Position numbers and translations under genes: made by a program. Below are positions 1 to 17,660 of a stretch of DNA of 64,000 nucleotides, piece after piece; the first letter of the stretch is position 1, and every line of letters starts with the position of its first letter. Source of the DNA: Weissella confusa (lineage in GTDB: Bacteria; Bacillota; Bacilli; Lactobacillales; Lactobacillaceae); contig JACSZT010000009.1 in NCBI GenBank assembly GCA_014332815.1, positions 54,156 through 118,155 on the forward strand, in the 5' to 3' direction. The notes beneath the pieces are model-generated. The model made no database searches, was not told where the DNA came from, and saw only the letters and a list, made by a program, of their open reading frames with translations.

Positions 1-888
1 CAACGCGATGTTTACAACGTTGTCTTGGAAGCACAATTGGCTGCCCAATCACAAGCAAAGCCTGGTATGACGGCCGGCGAGTTGGATGCGATTGCGAACA
101 AGGCTGGTGATGATGCGGATCGCGCATTCGAATTCGCCTTTGCGGCTTTACAAGAAGGCGTGTCTGAGCTTCAAGTGATGGCCAAGTTGGAATACGACTT
201 GAAGTCAATGGGCGTTGTGGGGATGTCATTTGAGACGTTGGTTCAATTCGGTGCGCACGCAGCTGAACCACACGGTGACACAGGTTCGACTTTGGCTTAT
301 CAAATGATTGCCAACTACATCAAGCAACACACGACGCATGCAACGAAGTGGGCCGTTGAAAAGGCGCAAATGACGTTGGACCGTGCTGCTTTGCTAGAAA
401 CGGCTGTACCAGAAGCTAAGTTTGTGGCTGATTTGTCACCATTGATGACTGAAATGCACTTGATCAAGACACCGGATGAAATTGCTAATATGGTGGATGT
501 CGCCTACTTCTCAGATTTTCATTCAATTGCCTATTTGACGGGCTTTGAATCTGACCCAATCGAACGTGTTTTGGCGTTGGTTGTCTTTCCACAAGACGAG
601 CCATTTATTTTTGCGCCAGCACTAGAAGTCGAGGCAGTAAAGGGCGCCGGTTGGACGCACCCTGTTTATGGTTACCAAGACCACGAGCAAAGGTTATTGT
701 ATCATGCTTTCATAAAATGTTTTCATGAGAACATTCAATATATCACAAGTTAATAGTTTAGCATAAATAATCGGTGTATTGCGTCATTTTCTGAAAATGA
801 GTGTACAATGATAGAAAAGTGAAACAAGAGGGGATTTCAGATGACTGAACAACTTACAAAAATCCAATCATGGTTGAACGACAATGAA
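1..888 (+). CDS. pepQ: Xaa-Pro dipeptidase / M24B peptidase, block-permuted; 3' part runs off the window start
   Basis: Catalytic-domain motif [16 protein letters not shown] sits near 230, while the N-terminal domain ([17 protein letters not shown], start about 841) lies downstream of it. Order is reversed in about 198-nt pieces. Confidence 0.55.
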
Positions 889-2076
889 TCTTGCTTAACG
901 TTGGCATTGCCATTGACAACACGTGAAACGGTCGCCATTGAGACTTTCGCTTCGCGGGCCACGTCATAAATCGTGATGGTCTGCTTTTCCATGCTGATGC
1001 TCCTTTATAAATCTCTCATACAGAATTTTTGTCGTTTTCATAACTTTTCAGTCATTAACCAAGTTGCATATCTGCAAACGGTTACAAAGTTAGCCAAGAT
1101 AATTTGGTAGTGGTACATAGCAGCAACGTCATCGATTCCACGAGCCAATTCGGCAAAGTAGTGGTCTGTGACGTCGGGAATCACGACACCAATTGTGGTC
1201 GTACGACGTGATGCCAAACCGCGGGCAACGGCGTTTGGACGGTAACCAAGTCGTTCGATAACGGCTTCAACCTTTTCTTTCGTTCCACTTGTGTAGTCAA
1301 TGTTTACAGAAGGTTGGTCAGTAACGTCATCAACTGAGCCTGCCAAAACAATAGGCACATCGGCCTTAGCAAATTCCTTGCGAATATCATCATCAATCAA
1401 GTTACCCATGAAGATGATACCGTCAACTTGCTTGCTCAATAGGTTTTCCAAAACTTGCAATTCCTTGGTGTCAGATTCATCTCCCATTTGGTAACCTGAT
1501 TGATAGTCGTAATCACCTTGAATAACAAGTGATTCGTCGTAATCGACACCAGCAACCGCCAAAGCGTTCATATAACCCTTAAGCTTGTACTCGCGGTTGA
1601 TGCCGTGATCCAAGCTTCCCGTTACAAAGGCGACGCGCTTGTGGCCGTTCTTCAACAACTTGGTCGTTGCTTCGCCGATACCAAGGTCGTAGATCGGTTG
1701 CGTAATTGAAGACATTTGTGGACGCGTCATAACAGCCAACTTTGAGTTGTTATTGGTAATCAATTCAAAGTCTTCAGGCATCTTAACGCCCGCATCAGTC
1801 ATGGCGTTCAACAAACCAGCAGCCATTTCGTCGTTAACAACAACAGCGGCTGTCGCCTTAGCGTCACGGACCATTTCAGAGACGAACAAGAAGGGCTTGT
1901 CAGAAGAAGCTTAATAATATGTAAAAAGAGGAACGACCATTAAGTCGTTCCTCTTTTTTTGTAGTCATTATTGCTTCGTTGAATCGCGGTCAACGTAACC
2001 GTGTGGCAAGATGATGTTCTTAACTGCCAATTCTTCACGGTTCATCAACTTCGTCAACATACGCATGGCAACGGCA
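889..2076 (-). CDS. ccpA: Catabolite control protein A (LacI family), block-permuted
   Basis: The - strand [32 protein letters not shown] starts at about 992 with an AAGGAG RBS, and the C-terminus [33 protein letters not shown] ends at about 1968. The N-terminus is at low and the C-terminus at high coordinates, as expected for a reversed-block - strand gene. Confidence 0.7.
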
Positions 2077-2670
2077 CAGTCAAAGGCAAGCGAAGTGAAG
2101 GATCAAGTTCGTGCCAAGGTTGCACCTGAACTTGAGGATGAAGACATTGATATCGTTTTGGATCCAACAGCACCTTCATTGTCAGAAGCATTTGAAGACT
2201 TGGAAGAACCAGTTGCGGTTGAAGAAGCAAAGCAAGTGACGGCTGAAGTTTTGGAACCCGAGGGTGGTTTGTCTTATCGCGCTGACGATTTCGTAGCCGA
2301 AAAGGGCTTGGACGTTAAGGTCGCTGACTTGAAGGCGCAAGCTGACGAGAAGACGGCAGGATTGCGTGCTAAGGCCGATGAACTTAAGGCTCAAGCCGAC
2401 GAAAAGACGGCCGGTTTGCGTGCTAAGGCTGATGACTTGAAGGCCCAAGCACAAGACTTGGCTGACCAAGCACTGTCTAAGGGAAAAGGATTTTTGGCAG
2501 GATTGTTGTTTAGTGGTGTAGCAGCTGCGGCTGGATACGCCTACTTCAAGAGCTTGTCACCAGCAGAACAAGAAAAGTTGAAGGCTAAGGTTGACGATAT
2601 CGTTGTTGATGTTCGCGACAAGGCAGTTGATTACACGTATGCAGCAACGGATGCGGTGGCATCTGTTCGT
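1879..2670 (+). CDS. YtxH-like general stress protein with an internal 18-aa tandem repeat, block-permuted
   Basis: N-terminal piece [23 protein letters not shown] (2473-2670); the repeat [18 protein letters not shown] occurs twice (2335-2460); the C-terminal end ...[12 protein letters not shown] lies at about 1919. Confidence 0.45.
1922..1960. terminator. Bidirectional rho-independent terminator between convergent ccpA and the ytxH-like gene
   Basis: AAAAAGAGGAACGACCATTAAGTCGTTCCTCTTTTTTT hairpin with a T-run, contained in one block. Confidence 0.55.
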
Positions 2671-3264
2671 TGGTGGCAGATTTGGGGACATCTGTGTCTG
2701 AGTTGAACGCGGCAACGCACAACTTGACGGGGAAGGTTAAGTCAACGGCTGCTTCGCGTGGGGCTGGTGTTGCATCAGCGTTCTCAGCGGTTAATGGATT
2801 CCGCAAGGCGCGCAAAGCACAATCATCAACGACAAAGTAATCAGATATAAACCAGGAGGGTATTAACCGGATTATCATTGCGGTGGCGGTATTGTTGTTG
2901 GTCTTGTTTATTGGGCTATTTTTGGTTCGATTGACACGAACTTTGGGGGTCATTACGCGTGATGTGGATATCATTGCACGTGAGGCAAACGACATTTTAG
3001 CTAACGCAAATACATTGTTGAATGATGTTAATGGCAAGGTAGCGACAATTGATCCAGCTTTCCAAGACGTTTGTAACGTTTTTATGCCGTTTACGACAGA
3101 GTCTATGAACAAAATATGAAACATTTTGATGAGAAGCGTAATTCATACATAATACAGCCGTATATCATTAAAATCACTTTCATTGAAAGGAAGCGCTTAA
3201 ACAGTTAGAATAAGACCTATAAAGGAACTTGGAGGAATAACTATGACAGCAGGTCAAATCGCGT
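2671..3264 (+). CDS. DUF948 (YtxG-like) membrane protein, block-permuted
   Basis: RBS GGAGGAATAACT plus ATG 3243 (MTAGQIA) joins in frame to IIIAVAVLLLVLFIGLFLVRL...IDPAFQDV (2869-3066), then to ...SAVNGFRKARKAQSSTTK* (about 2838). Confidence 0.45.
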
Positions 3265-4254
3265 GCAAAACCAAGAACGCTGTTCCGAAAAACTCGGCGA
3301 ACAAACGTACGACTAATGAGTGGTCCATAATTCCTCCAAATGTGAAAATAATTTTTAACTGTTTAACCAGAACAAATGTTTGCACATTTCTGTGCACAAA
3401 CGAACGCTTATCAATTTATCAAAAAAATGCGTTCAGTTCAATGTTTTTTGCGTGTTTTTAACTCAAAACCTCTGACCATGGGAAGTCACCAACAACGGCC
3501 AAGGCTAACGTAAAGGCAGGGTTGATTTGAGCTGAGAAAGCTCCGAAAGCCATAGCTGGGATAGCAACACCGGCTCCGTAACCAACGGCGATGTTCAACC
3601 AACCAGTTTCAGCTCCCTTTGTATTCTTCAACTCGGTATTGGCAACTGATCCATTACCCACCAAAGCGGCGAAGACCAAAACAAATGTTCCAACAAATTC
3701 GTTGATGAAACCGTTGAAACGTGAGTTAGCAGCGTCAGTCGTTGAGAATGGGGCGAAGACCGCATCAACGTTTGTCGTCAAATCAAAGTATGGCTTGTAG
3801 GCAGCGACAACCAAAAGTTGACCGAACATAGCACCCAAAATTTGAGCGATGATGTAAGGGGCAACCCATGCGTACTCCCAGTGTGATGATCCCTTAAACT
3901 TCAATGGCAACAAGGCGTGGACCAAACGTGGACCGAAGTCACGCGCAGGGTTCAAACCAGGACCGGTTGCACCACCCAATGATGTAACCAACGTTGCAAC
4001 AAGGACACCCAATGCCAAACCGGCAATACCCTTGTATTCAGCTGATGACGTAATTCGCAAGACACATTCAAGGTCTTCGAGGAACGTTTGAACGAGTTCG
4101 AAGCACTTGTTAACGAATTGGCCTAAAGTAAATTGCTATAAAAAAGACGCTGACTTCAAATTCTGAAGTCAGCGTCTTTTAATTTACTGTTCTTACTTAA
4201 ACAATGTCCACCACAAAGTTGAGGCGACGATACCACCGGCGATAGGTGCCAAAA
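3265..4254 (-). CDS. glpF: MIP-family channel (glycerol facilitator / aquaporin), block-permuted
   Basis: The - strand N-terminus MDHSLVVRLFAEFFGTAFLV (3328 to 3270) joins to LVGNGSVAN...NPAFTLA; NPARDFGPRL motif present; C-terminus ...PIAGGIVASTLWWTLFK* at about 4194. Confidence 0.55.
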
Positions 4255-6036
4255 TCCACACTTCTACTACAACTTCTACGTCTTCCAATATGCAACAGGC
4301 TTTGCAGCTGCAACCGCAATGGCAGACAAGATTTTGACTGAAGGTGAGCCGGCCGTGGCAGCTTACAAGGAATACTTGCAAGCTGGTTCATCAGCATTCC
4401 CAATTGATGTGATGAAGAAGGCTGGTTTGGATATGACCAAGCCAGACTACCTATACTTGGATGGCGTTAAGGGCACGGTCTTCCGTCAAACGCAATTTGC
4501 TGAGTTTGAGCAATGGATGCACGTAACGGATGCTGAGGGTACGCCTTTGACTGCTGACGTTTTGGATGAAGCGTATGGTGAGATGAACCGTCGTTACTAT
4601 GGTCCAGAATTGACGTTTGATGAAGAAATTGCCCACGAATGGGAGCGTATTAATAACTTGAGCACGCTGGTTCACGAAATGGGTCACTCAGTGCACTCAT
4701 ATTACACGCGTCAAAACCAACCATATCACTATGGTGACTACCCAATTTTCTTGGCTGAGATTGCCTCAACGACGAACGAGAACTTGTTGACGGATTACTT
4801 GTTGAAGACGGTTGATGACAAGAAGCTACGAGCTTACATCTTGAACCACATCGATTATGAATCAGCCAAGGCTGAAGCATTGCAGGCGTTGGCACCTTTG
4901 GGGGATGATTATCTTGATATCGTGAACAAGGCTTTTGATAGTCGTTGGATTGATGTCATTGAAAACAAGGGTAAGCGTTCAGGTGCTTATTCAGGTGGAT
5001 CATATGACACAAACCCATTCATTTTGTTGAACTGGGTGGATAACTTACACTACGACAATGCGCGTGAAGCTGCGTTGGCTGGTAACCATGTGCCTGAAGT
5101 TGTTTACGATACGTTGGTTGCGGAAGTGAACAAGGCATTGCCATTGCTCCACCGTTATGTTGGTTTGCGTAAGAAGTTGTTGGGCTTGGATGAGTTGCAC
5201 TCATACGATCTTTACACGCCAATTTTGGGTGAACCAGATTATGAGGAAGCCGTCGAAAATGAAAACGGTGAAATGGAAACATTGTCTAATGGTGTTTACT
5301 CACGTTTGTTGGAGTCAACGAAGCCTGAAATCCGCAAGAATGCTTTCCAAACGTTCTACAAGTCATACATGGCTTTGGAGAACACGTTTGCCTCATTGAT
5401 TGGTAACCATGTTAAGGGACAAAACTTCATGGCTGCTGCGCAATTGTCAGAAGAAGAGTTGTCAGAATTCTTTGCAGCTGAGCCTAAGCTACAAGACTAC
5501 AAGCACTACTTTGATAGCATTTTGACGCAACAAGGTCACGTCTTGCCAACTGAGCAAGAGGCACTTTTGGCAGCCGCGGGTGACGTCTTTGGGGCATCAC
5601 AACGTACATTTGGTGTGTTGGACAACGCTGATATTTCATTGTCTGCAACGGATTTGTACAACGCTTTGCAATACGGCCTAGGCTTGATGCAAGATTTGGA
5701 AAAGTTGTATGTATATGCCTCAATGAAGTCTGATCAAGACACGGCTAACACTTACTACCAAGGTTTGAACAACATGGCCGAGTCTTTGGCTGCTCGTGTG
5801 TCAGCTGCGATTGCCTTCTTTGACCCAGCCGTTTTGAGATAGAATAACAACTATAATAAACTTGAAATGAGGTTAGCTATTATGGCAAAAGAATTACCAT
5901 TGCGCGAAGAGTTGCCTGAGTCAATGACTTGGGATTTATCAACCATCTTTGCCTCTGACGAAGCGTGGGAAGATGCTTTCGCGGATTTGGAAGACCGTCT
6001 TGAATCAGCTGAGTTCTTTGCAGCAAGTGTGACGAA
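4057..6036 (+). CDS. pepF: Oligoendopeptidase F (M3B), block-permuted
   Basis: HEMGHSVHSYY zinc motif; start ATG about 5882 (MAKELPLREELPESMTWDL) with GAGG RBS; C-terminus rebuilt across 4452/4057 as ...KPDYLQDTFKVFEERLNEFEALVNELA* (stop about 4125). Confidence 0.7.
4140..4180. terminator. Bidirectional terminator between convergent glpF-like and pepF ends
   Basis: AAAAAAGACGCTGACTTCAAATTCTGAAGTCAGCGTCTTTT. Confidence 0.55.
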
Positions 6037-7026
6037 CTGCGACGCAACAAGATGATGCGATTGGGCTGTGGCTGGATCGATTGTTGGCGGAATGGGGCGC
6101 GACAAACGTGATTATGCAACGTGATGGCATGGTTTGGCTGAAGCGAGTAACAGAATGGTACCCGGATTATCAGCATAAATTGGCCGGGTTAGATTAGCAT
6201 CTCCGTTACCACGTGCAACTTCGGAACACAAAGTCGCAGAAACGCTTATATCGGTTAGGTAGAAGTTTGGTGGGCATGCCTTGGGTTTGCCATCGACTTA
6301 AGGCAATGCCAGGTGGTGCCCGCACAGCGCAATGGGAGTTATCATTGGCGGTTTTGCTGGCACTAGAGGATGGACCGCAGACTAAGACGCGATTACATGA
6401 GGTGTTGTCGAAGCAAGTCTGGTTTGAATTTGCGGCGAAGTTCGCTCGGATTCGTGGTGGACGGTTACAAGTGGCGTTTTGGCATGCTAAAGGGAACCGG
6501 GTTGAATGGCGGGAATGGTGGCGCCTTGATTGTCGCAATCGCGTAAACGCGCATGATGTGGGCGATGCGCATCGACAGCTATTGAAATTACAACAATTGG
6601 TGACGCAACGTTCGGAGGTGAGTCGTCGGTCTTGGCTACCGGAAATCAAGCAGCGACCAGACTTGGTGGTGACGTTTGACAATGTGAAAATTGCGGTTGA
6701 ATTTCAATGTGCACCAATAACAGCCCAGCGCGTATCAGAACGAACGCGTGGGTTTGAGTCGTTGGGGATGGATGTCGTTTGGGTGCTAGGCCCCACTTAT
6801 CAGCAGAAAAAGTTGCAACAAGCCACTTAGACGACGGTGTATGTTTGTCCTGGTTGTGAAGGTGAGGTTCAGGTAAAGCATGGGACAATTAATACACCCC
6901 ATTTTTCACACGTGACGTTGCGGGATTGCCAATCCCTGGCTGAGGGTGAATCGAGTGATCATTTATTGGGAAAACTACAACTAGCTGATTTTTTTGAAAG
7001 TATCGGTGGCACTGTTGAACTAGAAG

Positions 7027-12372
<5,346 letters not shown>

Positions 12373-12555
12373 AAATGTGCCTCATTTGGTAGTAAACGCT
12401 TTCATTGTTGCCATTTTAGGCTTGTTCATAAAAAAACTTACAACTTAATCACAGACTATAACCGTCAGAATTCATAATTTAGTCTTTTTGTTCGAAACTT
12501 TTACAAAATATATCTGTAATATAGTTGTTACAACGAAGCAGTAAATTGTGTTTGT

Positions 12556-12569
12556 AAACGCTTACATTG
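12556..12569. promoter_or_regulatory. Catabolite-responsive element (cre), consensus-perfect TGTAAACGCTTACA
   Basis: Matches TGWAANCGNTNWCA exactly. After de-permutation it lies about 50 nt upstream of the GH1-B start codon, that is, at the head of the cellobiose PTS / GH1 operon. Confidence 0.55.
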
Positions 12570-12572
12570 AAA

Positions 12573-12608
12573 AGCACACAACCGATTTTTCGGTTGTGTG
12601 CTTTTTTG
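12573..12608. terminator. Rho-independent terminator immediately after mecA in de-permuted order
   Basis: AAAAGCACACAACCGATTTTTCGGTTGTGTGCTTTTTTG. Confidence 0.55.
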
Positions 12609-12768
12609 TCGTGCACTCCGACCGTGAGGGATGACACAAACCACCAACTAACAAATCAAATTACTCGACCATATACAAATCTTATAAATTAAAGAAAAAG
12701 AATTACGCCAAAAACACGGTTTGTTGCAAAAGTTTTACAAATGAAAAGGTGGGCAATGTATCATATGG

Positions 12769-13560
12769 TAACAAGGCTTACTACCTTGAGTTGTCATTTG
12801 ATGATTCAGTGTCACAAACTGGTTTGCAAGACATCACCGCGGTAGCACGTGAGTATGGTGAAGTCACGCCGGTAGCAGCAGAAGTGCTTGCAGAACACGG
12901 GCGCACGATCTTCGCTGAAAACGCATTGACGCAAGTGTTGTCATATTTTAACTAGAATAAAGCCCAGGACCGTAAGCCAAAGGCTAACAGTCGTGCCCGT
13001 GCTGAAGAACAAGCTGCTAACCAAATGGTTAATGCAGCTCGTGAATTGGCACGCGACAAGCAAGGTCGTCGCCAAGTTATCTTGAAGTTTAACGACTTTG
13101 AGGCAATCATCCAATTCGCTAAGATGATGCAAGAAGAAGTTGGTGATTCAAAGATTATTGAATAGGAAAACAATGAGGCTGTCACTTTCCAAGTATTGCC
13201 AAACCGAAATGGCTTGGAGTTGTTTATTTCAAAGAACATTGGCGATAAGGCCATGATGGATGGCGTTATCAACTCAATGTTTGGAAATCGCGATGCGGGC
13301 GACGTAAACGATGATGTTTCAGACAGTTTGTTGGAGCAACTACTAGATAACGATGGAACGAAAGTTCCCGAGTAGCGGGAAGGGAAGGGGTGCCCAATTA
13401 TGGAAATGGAACGCATTAATGAGGATACAATTCGAGTTGTGGTGACAAACGACGATCTCGCAGAACGCAGTATCTCAGTGATCGATTTGCTGGGCAACCA
13501 GGAAGAAATTGAACGTTTCTTCTACAATATCTTGGAAGAAGTTGATGTCGAGCACGATTT
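12769..13560 (+). CDS. mecA: Adaptor protein MecA, block-permuted
   Basis: ATG 13400 [54 protein letters not shown]; C-terminus ...VTPVAAEVLAEHGRTIFAENALTQVLSYFN* at 12955; an upstream TATAAT at about 13737 joins a GGAAGGG RBS after de-permutation. Confidence 0.65.
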
Positions 13561-14154
13561 TTTCGTCGCTTCTTGCCACACGAGGTTCGTCAACAAGAAC
13601 TTAAGCGTGCAACGCTCATGGTGGATTTGTAACATCCCAACCCATACATAGAAAATGAGGCTGCTGGGTGTGGCCTCTTTTTTAGCCCAAATTGGTGGTT
13701 AAAACACTAATATATCGACTATTAATCAGTAACTTTGCTATAATGGTTAACAAAGATATACATCCTCCGCATGACGGAAGATGGGACCGAAGAAATCATC
13801 TCAACACGATCAAAGCTATTTGCTGAATTGGATGTGAAGCTAGATGACTTGTCATTGAGTCAATTAATTGAAATGATTCAACAGCAACCTGCGCTATTGA
13901 AGCGCCCATTAATGATTGATGAAAAGCGTATGCAGGTTGGTTACAATGAGGATGAGTCACATATTGACGGTTATAATAGGAGCCATAGGTAGCAGTAACA
14001 CCGTAGAAGCCGGAAGGAGGCACATATGGTCACGTTATATACATCACCTAGTTGCACATCATGCCGCAAAGCGCGTGCATGGCTCGAAGAAAACGCCATT
14101 CCCTATACTGAGCGTAATGTCTTCAAAGAGCCATTGAGCCGAGATGAGATTAAG
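13561..14154 (+). CDS. spx: Spx (ArsC-family redox regulator), block-permuted
   Basis: ATG 14027 [33 protein letters not shown]; [39 protein letters not shown]; C-terminus ...[22 protein letters not shown] at about 13640. Confidence 0.65.
13652..13683. terminator. Putative terminator after spx
   Basis: GAGGCTGCTGGGTGTGGCCTCTTTTTT. Confidence 0.4.
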
Positions 14155-14352
14155 AAAATTGAGGCGGTATGAAATAAATACAAAAGGATGTGATAACTGT
14201 ATCATTTCGTGCATGAACCCCATTAAAATAATAGCGAACAAGTAAACTCGACCTTAATCATTTTTTAATAATTTGTGGTCGCGATAGACGATTTGGTTGT
14301 CATGTTTCTGTAATTTGTTCGCAATTTTTCGTAAAAATGGGGGGTTACATGT

Positions 14353-15540
14353 CTGCAAATACAACGCGATGGTCGCGCTAAGCGTGCCGATGCTGAGCAA
14401 CAAATGCAAGTGATGGAGAATGAGTTGAAGGAAAAGTTGTTGGGGATGGCCGAAGAACAAGGCCGAAAAGACATTAATTAAAAAAATTTTTTCGCGGACA
14501 TTGTCATAGATGTCCGCGTTTTTTATCACGATAAATTCACGTTTTGCGCTTTGACGTTGTTGAAGCAAAAGAATGCGGTTATCGCACAACGCGCTGTGGC
14601 TGATACGACCAATGAACTTTTGCGTGCCAATGCAGATATGCTTCACCAAAGTGCGGTTGAAACGGCTAAGGAAAATGAGCGCGGTGTTGTCGATATTGAG
14701 ACACTTCAAGAGACACAAAACAGTTTGATTGCAACGATTCAAGAGACGAAAAAGGTTCAAGATTTGGTGCAATTTGAACAACGTTTGGAAAAGCGTACCA
14801 ACGATTTGAAGTTGACTCGTCAAATTGCGCTACAACAAGCACCACAAATCCGATTGATCCAATCAACGAATCAAGTGTTGGTCGAAAAGATTCAAGCATC
14901 TGTTTCAACGGCTATTCCATTGTGGAAGAATCAAGTTGCGATTGCGGCGCGTTTGGATCGCCACAAGGATTCATTGTTGGCTGATAATAAGATGTTGGAT
15001 GGCTTGTTCCAAGAAAACCTCGACTTCTTTAACCAATTGAATGTATATATTGGTGGAGCGGAGATGAAGTTGAGCGATGTCCGTCAACGTGAATTGCCAG
15101 CTGCCCAAGAAAAGGCACGCCAAACGAACAATCAACTTGATGTGCAGGTTCAAAATCAAGATGTAGGCCCAATTGGTGATTCGTTGACTGAGTTGATGAA
15201 TACCTTGAATCAAGCTAGCCCAGATGATTTGCGTCCGGAAAAGCAAGGATTCTTTGCCCGTATCTTTAATCGCGTCCAAAAGTCAGTCTATGAAATGACG
15301 GCTAAGTACCAACAAATTGGTGCCCAAGTTGATAACGTGGCTTGATAAAAAATGACAGAAGAAGTAATGACAAAAGAGACGGTGACGACACCGGAGTTAA
15401 CGGATACGTTGACGTCTGAGGAAAAGTCAAAGGCGTTGCAATTGGCCCAAACATTGGATGTTGCAACGAGCGATTCAGTGTTAACGTACGGTGCAGATGC
15501 ACAAAAAAACCTCTCTGCTTTCTCGCAAGGTGTATTGGAT
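14353..15540 (+). CDS. TelA-like / YaaN-like toxic-anion-resistance family protein, block-permuted
   Basis: ATG 15352 MTEEVMTKE...[23 protein letters not shown] joins to [21 protein letters not shown]...[13 protein letters not shown]...[13 protein letters not shown], then to [42 protein letters not shown]. This is collinear with B. subtilis YaaN. Stop at about 14480. Confidence 0.6.
14482..14525. terminator. Rho-independent terminator after the telA-like gene
   Basis: AAAAAAATTTTTTCGCGGACATTGTCATAGATGTCCGCGTTTTTTA. Confidence 0.5.
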
Positions 15541-16332
15541 CATGGAACAAATTCTGGTCACGTATCAAGAAATTGCAAACCATGAAATGATTGATGAGTC
15601 GGACAAAGCACACTTGAAGGCGGCACGAGAAGTGTTGCGCCAACTTGCTGACCAAATTCAACAAGACTACCGTTTAATCACGCGCGATGATTTAAACTCA
15701 CTTCGCGATCAAATTGATGTGGCGAAGCGAACTATGGGGGTGTTTAAAGCAACGTTCAATCGGACGCTGGCCAGTGTTGATCATGTGGAAGAATTGTTGC
15801 AGTTGACAACGGGATTGCGTAAAATTGCGATTGAGACCGATGTGATGCGGTTTGCGCGTGGTATTCTGAAAGAATTAGCTGATGATCCAACCCAATTAAC
15901 AGAAGCAGATGAGTTTGTTTATACACATTTGCCGAAACTATTACCACTAATGCTAATCGGTGTTGCCTGGGCGATCCCAGGAATCGGCTGGCCAGTGCAA
16001 CTTTTGCTATCAGGCGTTGTTCTGGGTGTTCGTCAAGTGGTATTTACGCCGATGAAACAGACCAAGCAACGGATTACGACCGCAAAACAAAAATTAACCA
16101 TTAATACTGATAACCTGTCGAAGCGTGATGTCACCGCATTCGAGAGGATAAGAAAAATGCTGGATTTAGATAAAATTCCAAAAAAGACATTAAGGCGCAG
16201 TAAGTGGCTAACCGTTCTGATGCTGTTTTTAGCGATTGGGTTTACGCCAGCCTATCTAGATAGTATTTCAAATGTGTTGGTGTTCGCATTCCTGGTTAGT
16301 TTGGTTACTAAGCCAACCTTTGTATTTCGTTG
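15343..16332 (+). CDS. XpaC-like (5-bromo-4-chloroindolyl phosphate hydrolysis protein) membrane protein, block-permuted
   Basis: N-terminus MLDLDKIPKKTLRRSKWLTVLMLFLAIGFTPAYL at about 16157; the stop TGA overlaps the telA ATG (ATGA at about 15351-15354), as in the B. subtilis xpaC-yaaN pair. Confidence 0.45.
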
Positions 16333-16926
16333 AAGCTGCGATTGCAATTTTGATTCTAGTGTTGGTTGTTTACCGCTGGTCACGTCGCTATCTAGCAGAT
16401 TTAGCGCACCGTGAAGAGCGTGAAGAGTTGGTGTTTGCTGAAGAGCATCCCGATGCAACGAAGTAGGTCAATGACCTGCTTTTTTTCTACCATGACAAGA
16501 GTTGTCGATTGCACGTATAATTGAAATAGGGTGATTTAGCGACGGATTTCTTTGGTGTAGCGGAACGCATCTTGGAAACATTCTTGTTCTTCGAGTTTGT
16601 CGTGCTAACACGTGAGTACTTTATCCAAGATCGCATTTCTCTGCAGAACTTTATGTATATTGGGATTACTGCATTGCTCCGTAATCTATTGGTATATCAC
16701 GCCGACACGATTGGCATTTTGATTCAAGAGGCGATTGGACAAAGTTTGTTTCAGACTATTTGTTTGATATGATGGAGAAAAGAATCGCGAGGGTGAGTTA
16801 TGAATCGAAAAATTATTGAAAAAGGTTACGCCATCATCCTTGATTTGGCGATGCTGGTGCTGGGTATTGTGATGATTGGGTTCTTTGTGAAAGAACTCTG
16901 GGAATTAGTGACAATGTTGATGCATG
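16333..16926 (+). CDS. PsiE-like small membrane protein, block-permuted (tentative)
   Basis: ATG about 16800 MNRKIIEKGYAIILDLAMLVLGIVMIGFFVKELWELV joins to ...LYIGITALLRNLLVYHADTIG, then to ...YRWSRRYLADLAHREEREELVFAEEHPDATK* (16466). Confidence 0.3.
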
Positions 16927-17534
16927 AAGAATATCGACCACGAGCCCAACGTGATTGATCACGGGAATCCATGATAACAAGATGCCAATGAACGCAATCG
17001 TTAAGGCTGCAATTTTTGTTTTGAAGTAAGGTTGTTTTCCTGTCATATAAGTTAAGTCTCCTTTTTTCAAAACTTTACCGTATTTATTAGTTGTTGACTG
17101 ACGCTAATTTTTTAAAACATGAATGCAATCAAATCCATCCGCCTGCTTATCGTTAATGTGCACAGACAAATGCTTGCTTTCGTGGCTGATTGAATTGCCA
17201 TAGTAGTTTTGGTTAATACTTACTAAGCCAATGCCTAATAAGCTCAATAATGCCGTAATAATTGGTAATGTCTTATCGCCATGTCGATCTAGCCATAGAG
17301 CGAATAGGGCGAATGCAAAAGCGGTTTTCGCAAAAGTCAGCGTCACAGTTTTTGTTTTATTCCCATTACGCCAAATTGCCACGCGTGTCGTTGGGGATGC
17401 GGACGTGTCATCTTCTTGTTCGTTTGGCTTGCCGAGCATGTCACGAATGTCCTGATAGGTGTCACCACCACGGCCAGTTTTGCTATCACCAACGGTCAGA
17501 TTATCAAAGTCGGCGCGAACCCTGTTATTGATAT

Positions 17535-17618
17535 GCCGCCGTGGCGGAACTGGCAGACGCGCACCGTTCAGGTCGGTGTGAGAGCAATCTCGTGCAGGTT
17601 CGATTCCTGTCGGCGGCA
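17535..17618 (+). tRNA. tRNA-Leu (anticodon CAG), intact within one block
   Basis: GCCGCCGTGGCGGAACTGGCAGACGCGCACCGTTCAGGTCGGTGTGAGAGCAATCTCGTGCAGGTTCGATTCCTGTCGGCGGCA has a 7-bp acceptor stem, D-loop, an anticodon loop TTCAGGT reading CAG, a long variable arm and GGTTCGATTCC T-loop; no encoded CCA. Confidence 0.85.
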
Positions 17619-17623
17619 TAAAG

Positions 17624-17660
17624 AAAAGGATGATCCTCATAATCGAGAATCATCCTTTTT
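17624..17660. terminator. Terminator hairpin downstream of tRNA-Leu
   Basis: AAAGGATGATCCTCATAATCGAGAATCATCCTTTTTT. Confidence 0.5.

Noticed and set aside
780-800. Weak cre-like motif (TGAAAATGAGTGTACA) in the pepQ-ccpA intergenic region
   Set aside because: Several mismatches to TGWAANCGNTNWCA and no central CG; not reported as a feature.
14254-14823. 189-aa - strand ORF, plus many 60-110 aa - strand ORFs across the window
   Set aside because: Antisense or alternative-frame reads of + strand genes, with no recognisable homology; a usual by-product of stop-poor antisense frames.
17104-17640. 178-aa - strand ORF (MRIILFFMPPTGIEPARD...)
   Set aside because: Its N-terminal part is the antisense read of tRNA-Leu (the classic TGIEPA motif); the remainder joins unrelated membrane-protein pieces.
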